From: an uncultured Acidobacteriota bacterium
Lineage (GTDB): Bacteria > Acidobacteriota > Thermoanaerobaculia > UBA5066 > Gp7-AA6
Direction of reading: 5' to 3'
Length of the DNA stretch: 64,000 nucleotides
Assembly (NCBI GenBank): GCA_963782585.1
Contig: CAWAKL010000003.1
Coordinates: 259,735 to 323,734, forward strand
This document shows, piece after piece, positions 62,109-64,000 of this stretch. The position numbers and the translations under genes are program-made. Positions within the stretch are counted from its first letter, which is position 1, and every line of letters begins with the position of its first letter. The notes beneath the pieces are model-generated. The model saw only the letters and a program-made list of their open reading frames with translations. It had not been told where the DNA came from and made no database searches.

Positions 62109-63878
62109 ATGACGAGAACGATCTGGCGGACGGGACGCGTTGGCGCGACGTGGCTGCGGCTGGCTCTCGGTCTCGCGGGGGCGATCGGCGTCGCGGGCTG
62201 CGGCGAATCGGAGGCGGCCTCGCCTCGGGCTCTCAATCCATCCGGGCCCGCGGAGTCGTCCGCCGAGGCTCAGGCCGCGATTCAGGGAGTGCTCGATTCG
62301 GGGCGGCATCCGTGGCTCACGTGGCCCGATATGACGTTAGGGCTGCCCCAGCTGAAAGCGCTGTATGCCGCGGAGCCGGGCGGCGGGCTCTTCTGGTTCG
62401 ACGGCGCGCAGCCACGCCCGGCCCTGGAGCCGGCCCTGCAAGCCATAGCCCGTTGCGACGAGGTCGGTCTGGTGCCTTCCGACTACGACGCGGCGAAGCT
62501 GTCGCAGAAGTGGTCCGCGATGAAAACGGCCGGTGCGGCGACATCCCCCGCGGATCGCGCCCTCTTCGACGTGGCAGTCTCGGTGTCCGCGGCGCGGCTT
62601 CTCCAGGCCGTGCACTGGGGCCGCGTGGATCCGCGCAACGTCGGGTTCAACTACGACGTCACATCGGAACAGCTCGACCTCGCGGCCGAGCTCCGGGCCG
62701 CGCGCGACGGTGCCGGCTTGCCCGCCGCCCTGGACGCCGCCGAGCCGCAGTTCCCGGTCTATGTGCGTATGGTCAAGGGACTCGCGGACTACCGCGCCCT
62801 GGCGGCCGCGGAGCCGCCCGCCGTACCGGCCCTCCCGGCGGGGCAGACCAAGATCGCTCCCGGAAAACCCTGGTCCGGCGTCCCGGCGCTTGCGGCGAGG
62901 CTGCGCGCCTTCGGTGACCTGCCCGCCGGCGCCCCCGCGCCGAAGACGGCGGCCGACGGGACGCCGCTCTACGAGGGCGCTCTCGTCGACGCGGTGAAGC
63001 GCTTCCAGGGCCGCCACAATCTCGAGGCCGACGGGGTCATCGGAGCCGGCACGATCCAGGTTCTGAACGTGCCGGCGTCGGCGCGCGTCCGCCAGTTCGA
63101 GCTGGCGCTCGAGCGCGAACGCTGGCTTCCCGAGATGCAGCGGGAGCCACTTCTTTTCGTCAACGTCGCGCTCTTCCGTCTCTGGGGCCACGACCCCGCT
63201 CGCCCGGACGACCCGCTGCGCATGAACGTCGTGGCGGGGAAATCGCTCGCCCACGAGACGCCGGTCTTCGTGGACGAGCTCGAGTACGTGGTCTTCAAGC
63301 CCTACTGGAATCCGCCTCCGGGGATCTTGCACGGGGAGATCCTGCCGAAGGCCAGGAAGGATCCCTCCTACCTCGGCAAGCAGAACATGGAGATCGTCGC
63401 CAGCGGCGCCGACGATGCGCCGGCGGTCGCCGTGACGCCCGAGAACCTGGACAAGGTCAAGGCCGGCAAGCTCTTCATCCGGCAGAAGCCCGGCGAGAAG
63501 AACTCGCTCGGCCTGGCCAAGTTCATCTTTCCGAACTCACAGAACATCTACATGCACGGCACGCCCGCACAGGCGCTGTTCGCCCGCTCGAGGCGCGATT
63601 TCAGCCACGGCTGCATCCGCCTGGAGGATCCGGCCCGGCTCGCGGAATGGCTGCTGCGGTCCGATCCGCAGTGGACCCGCGAGCGGATCGTCGCGGCGAT
63701 GAACGGCCCAAAGCCGACGCAGGTGAACATCCGGCCGAAGCTCAAGGTCATCATCTTCTACGACACCGCCTACGTGGACTCGAAGGGCGTCGTGTATTTC
63801 ACCGAGGACTACTACGGCCACGACGCGCAGCTCGAAAAGGCGCTCGCGGGCGGATATCCCTACCCGCGCAAGAGCTGA
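62109..63878 (+). CDS. L,D-transpeptidase (YcbB/LdtD-like) lipoprotein with a peptidoglycan-binding domain
   Basis: It has a lipobox (IGVAGC). The PG_binding_1 domain is VDAVKRFQGRHNLEADGVIGAGT. The YkuD catalytic domain carries IYMHGTP...FSHGCIRL. Confidence 0.85.
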   Translation: MTRTIWRTGRVGATWLRLALGLAGAIGVAGCGESEAASPRALNPSGPAESSAEAQAAIQGVLDSGRHPWLTWPDMTLGLPQLKALYAAEPGGGLFWFDGAQPRPALEPALQAIARCDEVGLVPSDYDAAKLSQKWSAMKTAGAATSPADRALFDVAVSVSAARLLQAVHWGRVDPRNVGFNYDVTSEQLDLAAELRAARDGAGLPAALDAAEPQFPVYVRMVKGLADYRALAAAEPPAVPALPAGQTKIAPGKPWSGVPALAARLRAFGDLPAGAPAPKTAADGTPLYEGALVDAVKRFQGRHNLEADGVIGAGTIQVLNVPASARVRQFELALERERWLPEMQREPLLFVNVALFRLWGHDPARPDDPLRMNVVAGKSLAHETPVFVDELEYVVFKPYWNPPPGILHGEILPKARKDPSYLGKQNMEIVASGADDAPAVAVTPENLDKVKAGKLFIRQKPGEKNSLGLAKFIFPNSQNIYMHGTPAQALFARSRRDFSHGCIRLEDPARLAEWLLRSDPQWTRERIVAAMNGPKPTQVNIRPKLKVIIFYDTAYVDSKGVVYFTEDYYGHDAQLEKALAGGYPYPRKS

Positions 63879-64000
63879 TCCCCGCCGCGCGTCCTCGACG
63901 ACGGCCTGCTCATGCACTCCGTGTCGTTCCGTCCTTAAGCCAGCATGCCGTTCGCGTGCGCGGCGTCACCCCACCTCCCGCCGGGCGCGCGCTACTCTGA

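Noticed and set aside
63879-64000. The partial ORF 63647-64000 on the plus strand at the window edge
   Set aside because: It overlaps the L,D-transpeptidase gene in another frame and is Arg/Pro-rich, so nothing supports a gene here.

Overview
This is a very GC-rich bacterial chromosomal segment (roughly two thirds to 70% G+C by eye, not computed). It is densely coding and shows no plasmid, phage, transposase, integrase or CRISPR hallmarks. Gene content suggests a soil-type Gram-negative such as an Acidobacteriota-like organism: many PknD-like kinases with TolB-type propellers, an ECF sigma factor and many GT-C-like membrane proteins. That placement is inference only, and the complete 16S gene here should be classified.

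Layout:
1. Partial waaA (Kdo transferase).
2. An ECF sigma/anti-sigma pair, followed by a 10.4-kb co-directional, translationally coupled cluster mixing T2SS-type and type IVa-pilus-type parts. It encodes GspF, GspE, PilM/N/O/P-like proteins, a tri-modular secretin and three prepilin-type proteins.
3. A housekeeping block: M16 peptidase, methyltransferase, dut, MBL hydrolase and purS-purQ-purL.
4. A signalling islet: two paralogous ~870-aa Ser/Thr kinases with beta-propellers, a duplicated VOC gene (one copy decayed), a kinase gene remnant, a winged-helix+FHA regulator, tam, truA, an alpha/beta hydrolase and a small HExxH protein.
5. purF, an amidohydrolase and a DinB-family gene.
6. A glycan module: an NDP-sugar dehydrogenase, an SDR epimerase/dehydratase, a GT2 polyprenyl-phosphate glycosyltransferase and seven GT-C-like polytopic membrane proteins. 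These are spread over 22 kb, interleaved with purM and purN, and flank the rRNA operon on both sides.
7. A complete rrn operon (16S, tRNA-Ile, tRNA-Ala, 23S, 5S) with a near-consensus promoter and an intrinsic terminator.
8. An arylsulfatase, a MASE1-PAS histidine kinase with two response regulators, and a trio of a LolA-like/DUF2092-like protein, a Gly/Asn low-complexity protein and an L,D-transpeptidase.

At least ten unrelated genes (12 interruptions) need a +1 or -1 frame correction, several at short homopolymers. This looks like indel error in the assembly rather than biology.

The most interesting candidates are the GT-C arsenal with its Arn-like donor-synthesis core, and the hybrid secretion/pilus machine whose secretin carries a C-terminal cohesin-like domain.
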